Shown one piece after another: positions 19,017 to 28,106 of a stretch of DNA of 64,000 nucleotides (within the stretch, counting starts at the first letter, position 1; the number at the start of each line of letters is the position of its first letter). Source of the DNA: Nitrospirota bacterium. GTDB taxonomy: Bacteria > Nitrospirota > UBA9217. Below the pieces are notes generated by a model. It worked only from the letters and a program-made list of their open reading frames with translations, was not told the origin of the DNA and did not search any database. The stretch covers positions 320,001 to 384,000 of the forward strand of contig CAWIYV010000010.1 of assembly GCA_963840455.1 (NCBI GenBank). Reading direction: 5' to 3'. The position numbers were made by a program, and so were the translations under genes.

Positions 19017-20245
19017 TTCTTCTCCTTCTCGAGCTCGGCCAGCTTCCGTTCGAGCAGGGCCTTCTCCAGCGCCATGCCTGCCTGGTTCATGAAGATCTCG
19101 AGCGTTTCAACACCCCTGATGGACTTCAGGTCGGGAAGGTTGTCGCCATAGACGATGAGGGCGACCTTGTTGTCCACGACCAGCGGGAGCGCCAACACCA
19201 CGTCGGGCCTGGACCCTCCCACCTCGTTCACGAAATAATTGTTCTGGTCGTTGGACTCCATCGGGCCCAGGTAGGTGCGGCGGGATTCAATGACGTTCCG
19301 GAACAGGGATGGTGTGTTGAGCGGTATGCGGATATTCCGCACCACCTTGTCCGGGGACGCGCCGCTCGCCAGTTCGATCCCGAACTGGCCGAGTCCGCGC
19401 ACCTCGTCCTTCTTTACCATGAACAGGATGGCACGGTTCACTACTTCGCTCGCGTACCGGAGGGTCAGGAGTGTCACTTCGGCCGTGGCCGTGGGGAACC
19501 GGAGCTCGTCGAACATGGACTTGAGCGTCGTGATCTGCTTGGACGGCGATTCATTCTCGATCTTGGAGCGGAACTCCTCGCGGGCGGGCTCGGAGCTTGT
19601 TCGGGTGACGGGGGCGGGGCGGGACAGTACGGAGGACGGCGTCGGCGGGGCTGCTTCTGCAAAGGGGTCGGGTGTGGAGGAAGCTTTGGGCGTCGCCTGC
19701 GGTTTGGCGGCGGGAGAGGTCTTCCTGCCCTGGCCCTTGCGCTTTTCGTCGAGGATCCGCGTCCCCTCCATCAGGAGGTACTCGGCGCTCAGACCGGACT
19801 TCAGGAGCAGGTCCTGCGTATCGATCTCGATCTTGTCCTTCGGCACGACCTCGCCGAGCTCGAAATTGAAGAACCCCTCTTCCCACGCAAGCAGGTCATA
19901 GATGATCTCCTCGATCTGCTGGCGCACGACGTCCTCGATGACCTGAGCGGTCGTGGCCTTGGTCTCCACAAGGATCATGCCGAGGGGTTTGTCGGGGCTC
20001 ATCTTCTGGCGCGCGAGCGCCGCCGCGAGGTCCGCCTGGTCCACCATCCCCTGGGACACCAGGATGTTGCCCAGGGAGTCGCGAATGACATCGCTGCCGG
20101 CCTGGACCACCTGGCCGTTCTTGAACACGATCATCCCTGACCCTTTGCGGCTCCTGACAACAAGCGTTCCCGTCTTCTTGCTCAGACTGATGATCTGGAA
20201 GATGTCCGGCAAGGCGAGGTCTTCCAGACGGCCGACAAGGCTCAT
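19013..20245 (-). CDS. DUF4388 (PatA_N-like) plus C-terminal GAF-like domain protein
   Basis: SLVGRLEDLALPDIFQIISLSKKTGTL and LLAWEEGFFNF (DUF4388); LALPLVVDNKVALIVYGDN (GAF-like). Confidence 0.8.
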   Translation of the reverse strand: MSLVGRLEDLALPDIFQIISLSKKTGTLVVRSRKGSGMIVFKNGQVVQAGSDVIRDSLGNILVSQGMVDQADLAAALARQKMSPDKPLGMILVETKATTAQVIEDVVRQQIEEIIYDLLAWEEGFFNFELGEVVPKDKIEIDTQDLLLKSGLSAEYLLMEGTRILDEKRKGQGRKTSPAAKPQATPKASSTPDPFAEAAPPTPSSVLSRPAPVTRTSSEPAREEFRSKIENESPSKQITTLKSMFDELRFPTATAEVTLLTLRYASEVVNRAILFMVKKDEVRGLGQFGIELASGASPDKVVRNIRIPLNTPSLFRNVIESRRTYLGPMESNDQNNYFVNEVGGSRPDVVLALPLVVDNKVALIVYGDNLPDLKSIRGVETLEIFMNQAGMALEKALLERKLAELEKEKK

Positions 20246-20283
20246 GCGGACTCCCGTATGGGCATGCTGCGCAGCATTGGCAA

Positions 20284-20311
20284 ATTATAGCAGTTTAGAC
20301 AAAAAATGCAA
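20284..20311 (-). promoter_or_regulatory. Sigma70-like promoter of chemosensory cluster 1
   Basis: TTGCAT-16 nt-TATAAT with extended -10 TG. Confidence 0.6.
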
Positions 20312-20374
20312 GGTTATTTCACCGGTTAGGAAGGAGAGCGGCGGAACGACAAGGCGGGGAGAGGAGTCCGCCCG

Positions 20375-20872
20375 TTACGTGCTCCGATAGTTGGTGAACT
20401 GGAGCTCGATGCCGAAATCCTTGCCCTTGAGCAACGCGATGACCGCCTGGAGGTCGTCGCGGTTCTTTCCCGACACCCGGACCTGGTCCGCCTGGATAGA
20501 GGCCTGGACCCTGATCTTTGAGTCCTTGATGGCCTTGACGACCTCCTTGGCCTTGTCCGTCGGTATCCCCTGCTGGATCGTAACCTTCTGGCGTACGGTC
20601 CCGCCGAGCGCCGGCTCCACCTTGCCGTAGGACAGGTTCTTGGTCGGCACGCCGCGCTTCACCAGCTTTCCCTGCAAAATATCGATCACGCTCTTGAGCT
20701 TGTAATCATCGTCGGAAACGATGACCAGCGCGTCCTTCTCCTGGGTGATGGCGGACTTGCTGCCCTTGAAATCGAAGCGCTGGGAGATCTCCTTCATCGT
20801 CTGGGCGACTGCGTTCGTCACCTCGGCCATGTCGATCTTGGAAACAACGTCAAATGAATTTTCAGCGGCCAT
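20375..20872 (-). CDS. yajQ: YajQ-family nucleotide/c-di-GMP-binding protein
   Basis: [33 protein letters not shown]. Confidence 0.95.
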   Translation of the reverse strand: MAAENSFDVVSKIDMAEVTNAVAQTMKEISQRFDFKGSKSAITQEKDALVIVSDDDYKLKSVIDILQGKLVKRGVPTKNLSYGKVEPALGGTVRQKVTIQQGIPTDKAKEVVKAIKDSKIRVQASIQADQVRVSGKNRDDLQAVIALLKGKDFGIELQFTNYRST

Positions 20873-20952
20873 ACGAACCTCCCCGGTGATTAAGAGAATA
20901 GTAATTGAGTGATTCGGAACGTACCTTCAATAATTTAATTACTATTTACGAA

Positions 20953-21837
20953 TTACTGTTCTATGATCTCCGTCCCCTTCGGGACTTTGAATCGGAACTG
21001 CCCATCGTCCAGGCCCACATTTTCCTTCACGTCGGAGAACTGGATGTCCGATGTGTTCCCGGACCGGTCATGGACGACCATGCGCGTGATCCTGCCGACC
21101 TCGTCAGAATAAAGCCGCAGTTTCCTCATGGCGGCCCCCGCCTTTTTCGGGACGAGGTCCAGCATGCGGGGCTTGTCCGCCTCGGGCATGGACACGGCGA
21201 AATCCTGCCGGATGGCCCCCGCGCCGAGCAGGAACGCGACCGGAATGTTGGCCTGCTCGAAGTCCTTGAACGTGCGCCGGATGGCCTGCTCGCTCTTCTT
21301 CGAATAGAACCACGCTTCCGCTCCGTCGATCATGATCAGTTGGCCGTTCGTATACTCGAGCCGGAGCTTGCCAGGCCGTTTGATCGCGAGCGTACCCTCG
21401 AATTTCTGGGTCTTTTCCACGGACTTGAGGAAGTTCTTCTGCACGACCCTTGCGGTCAGGTCCGCAAGATCGCGATAGTGCGCCTCGATGGCCTGAACAC
21501 CATCCATGCCGACGGCGGCAGGCACCGACGAGGATGGGACGGTGACCGCCGTTGCGGTGACAACGGAAGCGGTCTCCGCAGCAGCAGAGAACGTACTGCT
21601 GAAAACCAGCAGAAGCACACAGCAGCCAGCGGCACGGGCGAACGTGTTCGTCTTTATTCCGCATTCCGCAAAGAGCCATCCCCTCCCGTTTCCCCTCCCC
21701 TGTAATCCATTCCCTCCCTTTGTCCCTCCTCCCGAAGGGGAGGGGCCGGGCCGGGAATGCGTTTGCTCATGGGGAGGGGCAGCGGTGAGGATGCGCTTGT
21801 CTTTTCCCTTTCCGCACTGTTTCTTCCTAGATATCAT
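20953..21837 (-). CDS. lolA: Outer-membrane lipoprotein carrier LolA (start uncertain)
   Basis: GTLAIKRPGKLRLEY, IMIDGAEAWFY, FRFKVPKG; follows ftsK as usual; the N-terminus contains a repeat-derived segment. Confidence 0.85.
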   Translation of the reverse strand: MISRKKQCGKGKDKRILTAAPPHEQTHSRPGPSPSGGGTKGGNGLQGRGNGRGWLFAECGIKTNTFARAAGCCVLLLVFSSTFSAAAETASVVTATAVTVPSSSVPAAVGMDGVQAIEAHYRDLADLTARVVQKNFLKSVEKTQKFEGTLAIKRPGKLRLEYTNGQLIMIDGAEAWFYSKKSEQAIRRTFKDFEQANIPVAFLLGAGAIRQDFAVSMPEADKPRMLDLVPKKAGAAMRKLRLYSDEVGRITRMVVHDRSGNTSDIQFSDVKENVGLDDGQFRFKVPKGTEIIEQ

Positions 21838-24040
21838 CGAGGTCCCTCACCGTCCCGTCCATGTTCTTCCTGACCAGCACCTGCCGGGGCTTGGAACCGT
21901 CGGCCGGGCCCACGATGCCGTCCTCCTCCATCATCTCGATCATGCGCGCGGCGCGGTTGTAGCCCACGCGAAGCCTCCGCTGCAGGAACGACGTGGACGC
22001 CTGGCCGTTCATCTGCACCAGCTCCACGGCGCGCTGGTAGAACTCGTCGCGCTCGCTGTCCTCCACGGCGGCCACCTCGGCCTCGGCTACTTCCTTCACG
22101 CGCTGGGCCAGGAACTCATAGTTGGGCACGCCCTGCTTCTTGATGAACTCCACCACCCGTTTGATCTCGGCCTCGGAGACAAAACACCCGTGCACCCGGA
22201 TGAGGTGGGCCGTGCCGGGCGGCTGGAAGAGCATATCGCCCATGCCGAGCAGGTTCTCGGCGCCATTGGCGTCGAGGATGGTGCGTGAATCGGTCTTGGA
22301 CGAGACCTGGAAGGAGACCCGCGTCGGGAGGTTGGCCTTGATGAGGCCGGTGATCACGTCCACGCTCGGACGCTGTGTCGCCACGATGAGATGGAGGCCG
22401 GCGGCGCGCGCCATCTGGGAAATACGCATGATGGACTCTTCCACCTCGCGCTGCACGGTCATCATGAGGTCGGCGAGCTCATCGATGATGATCACGATGT
22501 AGGGCAGTCGCTCGGCCTCGGGCACGGCTTTGTTATACGATTCGATGTTCTTGGAGCCCTTCTCGGCCAGCGTCCGGTAGCGCCGTTCCATTTCGGCCAC
22601 AAGCGCCCGGAGCGTCTCTGCCGCGCGCTTGGGCTGGGTGACCACCGGTGTCAGCAGGTGCGGGATATCGTTGTAGAGCGACAGTTCAAGCATCTTGGGG
22701 TCCACCAGCACGAGCTTCAGCTCGTTCGGCCGTGCGTTGAACAGGAGCGCCAGGATGATGGAATTGATGGCCACGCTCTTGCCCGAGCCGGTGGCCCCCG
22801 CGACGAGGAGATGCGGCATCTTCTCGATGCTGGACACGATCGATGCGCCGAAGATATCCTTGCCCATGGGCACCTTGAGCCGGGACCGGTTGGCCTGATA
22901 CTCGGCCGACTCGATGATCTGGCGGAAATAGACGATTTCGCGGGTGTTGTTCGGCACTTCAATGCCGACGGCCGCCTTGCCGGGCAGCGGCGACTGGATC
23001 CGTACCGAGGCAGCTTTCATGGCAAGCGCGAGATCGTCGGCAAGGTTCACGATCCTGCTCACCTTCACGCCCGGCGCCGGCTCGAACTCGAACATGGTCA
23101 CGACCGGGCCGGGGTGGACCTGGGTGATGCGGCCCTGGATGTCGAAGTCCAGCAGCTTCTGCGCGAGGAGCTCGGACTGGGCGATCATGTCCTTCTCGGA
23201 GACCTTCTTGACCGAAGGCGGCACCGGGTCAAGAAGGTCAGTGGATGGGAGCTTGTACGCGCCCTTGCCGTCGTCCATGAACTCGAAGGCGGCCTGGGTG
23301 GTCTTGGGCGGCTTCTCCTTCTTCTCCCGCAGATGCCGCTCGCTGGGATTGATGACCGGCACCTTCGGAACGGCCGGTGTTTCTACGATCTTCGGCGGCT
23401 CCTTGGGCTGAATCGGCCGGGCCTTGGCCTCGCGCGCCTTTTCGGCCCGCCCCCTTTGGATCGCCATGAACAGCGCCGCCTGTTCGACAAGGCCCATGTA
23501 CGCCTTCCGAAGGAGCGCGAATGCGTTCAGGAGCGAGAAGGGTGTGAGAAGAATCAGCGATATGACCAGGCTGGTGACGGTGATGATGAAAGCACCGGTG
23601 ATCGAAACGCTCTTCACCATGAGAATGACAAAGAGCTGGCCGAGCATGCCTCCCGACGGGATTGTCTCGCCGAACAGGACCGCCGTCTCGCCCTGGAGCC
23701 CGAGGAGCGTCGTGAGCGAGATGATGAGCAGGATGGCGCCGATCTTCTTGAGGAGCGGGTGGACAGCATCGCCGCCGAGGGCGAAGAACACCGCGTAGGC
23801 GAACAGGAATGCAGGAATGAGATAGGCGCTGATCCCGAACAGTTTGAGGAGCGCATCGGAGAGATAGGAGCCGATGACGCCGATGGCGTTCCTGGTCTCG
23901 CCGCCCTTGCCGGCCACGCTGAAGCAGGGGTCGGTCGCACTGTAGGTGACGAGCGCGAGCAGGAGCAGCAGCCCCGCCGCGAAAAGGATGAGGGCGACGA
24001 TCTCGTGCCCGTTCTTATTTTTTACCTTGGATGCCGCCAT
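21827..24040 (-). CDS. ftsK: DNA translocase FtsK
   Basis: N-terminal TM domain, PHLLVAGATGSGKS, ATQRPSVDVITG, gamma domain LQRRLRVGYNRAAR. Confidence 0.97.
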   Translation of the reverse strand: MAASKVKNKNGHEIVALILFAAGLLLLLALVTYSATDPCFSVAGKGGETRNAIGVIGSYLSDALLKLFGISAYLIPAFLFAYAVFFALGGDAVHPLLKKIGAILLIISLTTLLGLQGETAVLFGETIPSGGMLGQLFVILMVKSVSITGAFIITVTSLVISLILLTPFSLLNAFALLRKAYMGLVEQAALFMAIQRGRAEKAREAKARPIQPKEPPKIVETPAVPKVPVINPSERHLREKKEKPPKTTQAAFEFMDDGKGAYKLPSTDLLDPVPPSVKKVSEKDMIAQSELLAQKLLDFDIQGRITQVHPGPVVTMFEFEPAPGVKVSRIVNLADDLALAMKAASVRIQSPLPGKAAVGIEVPNNTREIVYFRQIIESAEYQANRSRLKVPMGKDIFGASIVSSIEKMPHLLVAGATGSGKSVAINSIILALLFNARPNELKLVLVDPKMLELSLYNDIPHLLTPVVTQPKRAAETLRALVAEMERRYRTLAEKGSKNIESYNKAVPEAERLPYIVIIIDELADLMMTVQREVEESIMRISQMARAAGLHLIVATQRPSVDVITGLIKANLPTRVSFQVSSKTDSRTILDANGAENLLGMGDMLFQPPGTAHLIRVHGCFVSEAEIKRVVEFIKKQGVPNYEFLAQRVKEVAEAEVAAVEDSERDEFYQRAVELVQMNGQASTSFLQRRLRVGYNRAARMIEMMEEDGIVGPADGSKPRQVLVRKNMDGTVRDLDDI

Positions 24041-24049
24041 GGACCTCGA

Positions 24050-24859
24050 TTATTTCAGGGCAACATACAGCACCACCACAGCGGCGAGCGCCAGGCGGTA
24101 CCATACGAAGATGTTCAGTGAATGCCGCTCCAGATAGCGTATCAGGAAGCGAATAGCAAGGTAACCCACCACCGCGGAGCTGAGCGTGCCGAGAATGCAA
24201 CCCCATGCTGCGTTTCCCTGGAAGGTAATATGGTGCACCTTGTGCAGCGCCGCCCCGGCGATCACCGGCGTCGAGAGCAGGAAGGAGAACCGCGCCGAAT
24301 CCTCGCGCCGGTATCCGGCGGCGAGACCCGCGGAGATCGTGATCCCCGAGCGGGAGATGCCGGGGATGAGGGCGATAGCCTGGGCGACACCCACGAAGAG
24401 CGCGTGACCCAGCGTCATGTCCCCGAGGTGGCGGGTCTTGGACGAGAACCGGTCCGCCAGCCACATCAGAAGCGATCCAAAGACCAGGGCCCCGGCGACC
24501 AGGAGCGGGTTCCGGAACGCCGTCTCGACCATGTGTTCCAGGGTCAGGCCGACAATGACCGCGGGGATGGTGCCGAGCACGATGTACCACACCAGTTTGG
24601 CCTCGTATTCCATGGCCTTGCCCTGCACGACCCTCAGCGTCGCCTTGCCAAACTTGAGCCAGTCCCGCCAGAAGTACCACAGCACTGCCGTGAGCGTGCC
24701 GAAGTGCAGCGCCACATCAAAGGTGAGGCTGTTCATCAGTTCGCCCTGCCAGCCCGTTGCCCACTGGGCCAGGATGAGGTGGCCGGAGCTGCTGATCGGC
24801 AGGAACTCCGTCAGGCCCTGAATGATGCCGAGTATGATCGCTTCAATAATGAGTGCCAT
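24050..24859 (-). CDS. uppP: Undecaprenyl-diphosphate phosphatase
   Basis: QGLTEFLPISSSGH, PGISRSGITI. Confidence 0.96.
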   Translation of the reverse strand: MALIIEAIILGIIQGLTEFLPISSSGHLILAQWATGWQGELMNSLTFDVALHFGTLTAVLWYFWRDWLKFGKATLRVVQGKAMEYEAKLVWYIVLGTIPAVIVGLTLEHMVETAFRNPLLVAGALVFGSLLMWLADRFSSKTRHLGDMTLGHALFVGVAQAIALIPGISRSGITISAGLAAGYRREDSARFSFLLSTPVIAGAALHKVHHITFQGNAAWGCILGTLSSAVVGYLAIRFLIRYLERHSLNIFVWYRLALAAVVVLYVALK

Positions 24860-24959
24860 GATGTCATGATGTACGGCGTTGCTGCGAACTAACGTTGCAT
24901 TATTTCACAATGCATCGGGGATTTCAAGTTGTTTTGAACGCACGAAGAGGGATATTCGG

Positions 24960-25604
24960 TTACCAGACCGTGTGCAGCAGCTCTTGAAAGGACCGCTGCC
25001 ACGACCCTGACAACGCGGGCAGGGAGAGGACCTTCATGATGCCTTCGCGGTTCTTTCTGTCGCGGTGAAAGATAGTATTGGCAAAGGTAATTGAGACCGC
25101 CCTGAGGTCACGCTCCACCACCATAACAACATCACCGGCCCTCACCTCGCCCTCACGAAGCACCCGGAAGTAGCACCCTGTCCTGCCAGAATCCACCACG
25201 AGTTTCACCAGGTCTTCCCTCCCGTACCGCGCAGCAAGCGTCCCGCAGGGCTGGCGCGGCTGGCTTACCTGAACTTCCGCCGTGCCGATGCGATAGATGT
25301 CGCCGATGCAGACATCGTCCTCATGCATACCCGCGACCGACAGGTTCTCACCGAATGCCGCGGCCGGCATCGTGATGCCGAGCTTTGATTCCCAGTAAGG
25401 ATAGTGATCGAGGCTATAAACGCAGACCGCCTTGTCGTTCCCGCCGTGGTGCGTCCGGTCCCCCACGCCGTCGCCTTCGAATCCCTGTTTTGAAAGGAAG
25501 ACCGCTCCGGCAACGGGTTGTTTGCAGATCCCCGTCACGAGCTCCTTCTTGCCGAAGGTCTCCCGTTTGGGCGGGCCGATATTAAGGGCTTTGACGATCA
25601 TCAT
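24960..25604 (-). CDS. MOSC-domain protein, YiiM-like
   Basis: HHGGNDKAV, AFGENL, VSQPRQPC, GRTGCYFRVL, C-terminal 3-alpha domain. Confidence 0.9.
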   Translation of the reverse strand: MMIVKALNIGPPKRETFGKKELVTGICKQPVAGAVFLSKQGFEGDGVGDRTHHGGNDKAVCVYSLDHYPYWESKLGITMPAAAFGENLSVAGMHEDDVCIGDIYRIGTAEVQVSQPRQPCGTLAARYGREDLVKLVVDSGRTGCYFRVLREGEVRAGDVVMVVERDLRAVSITFANTIFHRDRKNREGIMKVLSLPALSGSWQRSFQELLHTVW

Positions 25605-25647
25605 CGCGTGTCCTTTCGAAACGGTCCGTCAGGAGGGTCTCGCGCCG

Positions 25648-25878
25648 CTACCGGCGATAGACCTTGCTCTGAACGACCGCAAGGATATAATCGTATCCCT
25701 CTTCCGTATGCGGGATGACGCAGTTGGAACAGTCCTTGATGCCGTTCTTCAGAACGAACGTGCCGTCGCAATCGAGCAGATAGAGCGGGCACCAGCAGAA
25801 AAGGCAGGACCTCCATTCGTTGAGGTCGTGACAGGGATAGAAGGCGCAGTCCTGGTGGGTAAAGAACTTGTAGTTCAT
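25648..25878 (-). CDS. Cysteine-rich small domain (zf-like) protein
   Basis: CAFYPCH, CLFCWCPLY, KDCSNCVIPH; GGAGGAG RBS. Confidence 0.85.
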   Translation of the reverse strand: MNYKFFTHQDCAFYPCHDLNEWRSCLFCWCPLYLLDCDGTFVLKNGIKDCSNCVIPHTEEGYDYILAVVQSKVYRR

Positions 25879-25904
25879 GTCGTAACTCCTCCCTCGGGAT
25901 GTGT

Positions 25905-26070
25905 GGCTGTTCCAGGATAGGTCTTCCGGCTCCGGGCTCCATCCTACTCGCCCGCCTTCCCGTCCTGCTGTGGCGCAGGACAGTGGCTTGTTCGGGCTTT
26001 CGTTCCCTTTACGGCTGCGGGGCAGCGGGAGATTCTCACTCCTCTTCCCTGGCTTCCTGGTCTTTACTTA
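25905..26070 (-). ncRNA. Cobalamin (B12) riboswitch
   Basis: Minus strand reads AGGGAA...GTGAGAATC...CTGCCCCGCAGCCGT...GCCACTG...GGGAAGG...GAGCCGGAAGACCT (B12 box); boundaries approximate. Confidence 0.9.
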
Positions 26071-26233
26071 TTGTCTATAAAAGCGTTGCTCGCGCCCTGA
26101 ACCTCCTTACGTGAGACGTTCGGCTTCAGATCCGGCTTCGGCTCCTTAAATATCCGTGCTCAGACCCTTCCACCGTGGCAAAATGCTTTCATTGTTTTCT
26201 CGTCTCTGTCGCTGGCCCTTGTTCGCAGATAAT

Positions 26234-27202
26234 CTACCACGCCTGCCCCAGAAATTCAATCGTCCGGTTCTCCGACCAGTAGCTCCCATCGCTGTTAAAC
26301 TGTATGAAGCCCACGTGCCCGCCCGATGCCGGCATTTCAAGGTGGACGTACCTGCTGTTCTCTGCCTGGGCGATGGGATAACACCCGTCGGCGAGGAACG
26401 GATCGTCCAGGGCGTTCACGATCAGTGTCGGGATGGTGATCGATGAAAGGAACCTGCCGCTGCTGCACTGGAACCAGTAGTCCTCAGCGTCCTTGAATCC
26501 GTTGATCGGCGCAGTATACCGGTCATCAAAACCTTTAAAGTCCTTGATGCGGCCATACCCGTCGTCATTGATGACGCCCGGCATCTGCTCCATCTTCAGC
26601 TTGATCTTTTCATGGAGCGAGACCAGGAATTGCTTCATATATATATAATTCCTCGCCTTGGCCAGTTCCAGGGCGCCTGCCTTCAGATCACAAGGTACGG
26701 AAAAGGCAACGGCATTCTGTATCCGCGGGTCCAATGAGCTTCCCTTGCTGCCCAGGTACATCAGGGTCAGGTTCCCGCCGAGGCTGAAGCCGATCATGGC
26801 GGCCCTGTCGTAGGCGCCGTTCTTCAGGCCTTGTTGGACCACGCAATCCAGATCATCGATGCAGCCGTTGTGATACATCCGCAGCCTGCGGTTGATCTCT
26901 CCTGAACAGGCGCGGTAGTTCCAGGCAAGCACATCCCAGCCTTGCCGATTCAGCATCCGCGCCATGCCGACCATGTAGGCACGATGGGTATTGCCCTCGA
27001 GTCCGTGGGAAAGGATGGTGAGTTTCCGGCTCCCTATTCTCGACCAGTCGAGGTCCAAGAAGTCATCGTCGGGCGTAAAGATCCGCTCCCGCTGGTAGAC
27101 AACGCCGTTGACCTTGCGTGCCATCGTTGGATAAAGGGTCTGGAGGTGACCGTTGTTGAACAGGAACGGCGCGCGGTAGGAGGAACCGTGAATTATTGGC
27201 AT
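26234..27202 (-). CDS. YheT-family alpha/beta hydrolase
   Basis: NGHLQT, HGLEG, GFSLGG nucleophile elbow, NALDDPF, GGHVGF. Confidence 0.9.
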   Translation of the reverse strand: MPIIHGSSYRAPFLFNNGHLQTLYPTMARKVNGVVYQRERIFTPDDDFLDLDWSRIGSRKLTILSHGLEGNTHRAYMVGMARMLNRQGWDVLAWNYRACSGEINRRLRMYHNGCIDDLDCVVQQGLKNGAYDRAAMIGFSLGGNLTLMYLGSKGSSLDPRIQNAVAFSVPCDLKAGALELAKARNYIYMKQFLVSLHEKIKLKMEQMPGVINDDGYGRIKDFKGFDDRYTAPINGFKDAEDYWFQCSSGRFLSSITIPTLIVNALDDPFLADGCYPIAQAENSRYVHLEMPASGGHVGFIQFNSDGSYWSENRTIEFLGQAW

Positions 27203-27244
27203 GCGGCATGACGCGGGAGTGCGGGCCGGGCCACTCCGCCGCAA

Positions 27245-28057
27245 CTAGCTATATTCATCATGTTCCTCTCCAAAGACCGCGTGGATGATCTCCCACGCCG
27301 TCTCCTCGACGGACTTGTTCGTCGTATCCACGACCGTCCAGCTCCGGTGCTTCCGGGCGAGGTCCCAGACGTATTCCACCTCGGCGAAGACGTTCTTCAG
27401 GTCGCTGTAGCTCGGCCGGAGGCCGGAGTTCTTCTGGCGCACCTTCCGGATCTTCTGGAGCACATCGGGGTCGATGTTGAGGCAGACGATCTTGTGCTGG
27501 TCGATCTCGAAGAGCTCTTCGGGCAGGGCGATGCCCGGAACGATCGGGACGTTCGCGACCTTGTAGCCTTCCTGGGCCAGATAGAACGAGGTCGGCGTCT
27601 TGGATGTGCGCGAGAGCCCGACCAGCACGATGTCCGCCTCGTGAAGGCGCTCGGCGCCCCTGCCGTCGTCATGCCCCAGCGTGTACTCGACCGCGTCGAT
27701 GCGCTTGAAATACCGCTCATCGACCCGCCGGAGCAGGCTCGGCGTCTCGAGCGGCTCCTGCTTCAGGTAAGCGGCAAGATTGAAGATCAGCGGTCCCAGG
27801 ATATCGTGATGCAGGATGTCGTGCTTCATGCAGTACATGCTGGCGTAATCGCGCATCTCCTTCTTGACGAACGTGAAGGCGATGAGCGCCTTGGCCGCCT
27901 TGGCCTGGTCGAGGACCTTCTTGAGGTTCGCCGTTGAATCGAGGTCGTGGAACAGCATCATCTTGGTGCGGGATCGCTGGAACTGCACGATGGCGGCGCG
28001 GACGATGTGCAGGCCGCTCTGGCCGGTAGCGTCGGAAAGTATGTAGATCTTCTTCAT
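27245..28057 (-). CDS. PEP synthase / pyruvate,phosphate dikinase regulatory kinase-pyrophosphorylase (DUF299)
   Basis: ILSDATG, YFKRIDAVEYTLGHDDG, GLSRTSKTP, DTTNKSVEETA. Confidence 0.93.
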   Translation of the reverse strand: MKKIYILSDATGQSGLHIVRAAIVQFQRSRTKMMLFHDLDSTANLKKVLDQAKAAKALIAFTFVKKEMRDYASMYCMKHDILHHDILGPLIFNLAAYLKQEPLETPSLLRRVDERYFKRIDAVEYTLGHDDGRGAERLHEADIVLVGLSRTSKTPTSFYLAQEGYKVANVPIVPGIALPEELFEIDQHKIVCLNIDPDVLQKIRKVRQKNSGLRPSYSDLKNVFAEVEYVWDLARKHRSWTVVDTTNKSVEETAWEIIHAVFGEEHDEYS

Positions 28058-28106
28058 GGCTGTCCTTTTTTGCGGGAGCGGAAAAGCCCGATGGCGATGC
28101 GCCGGG

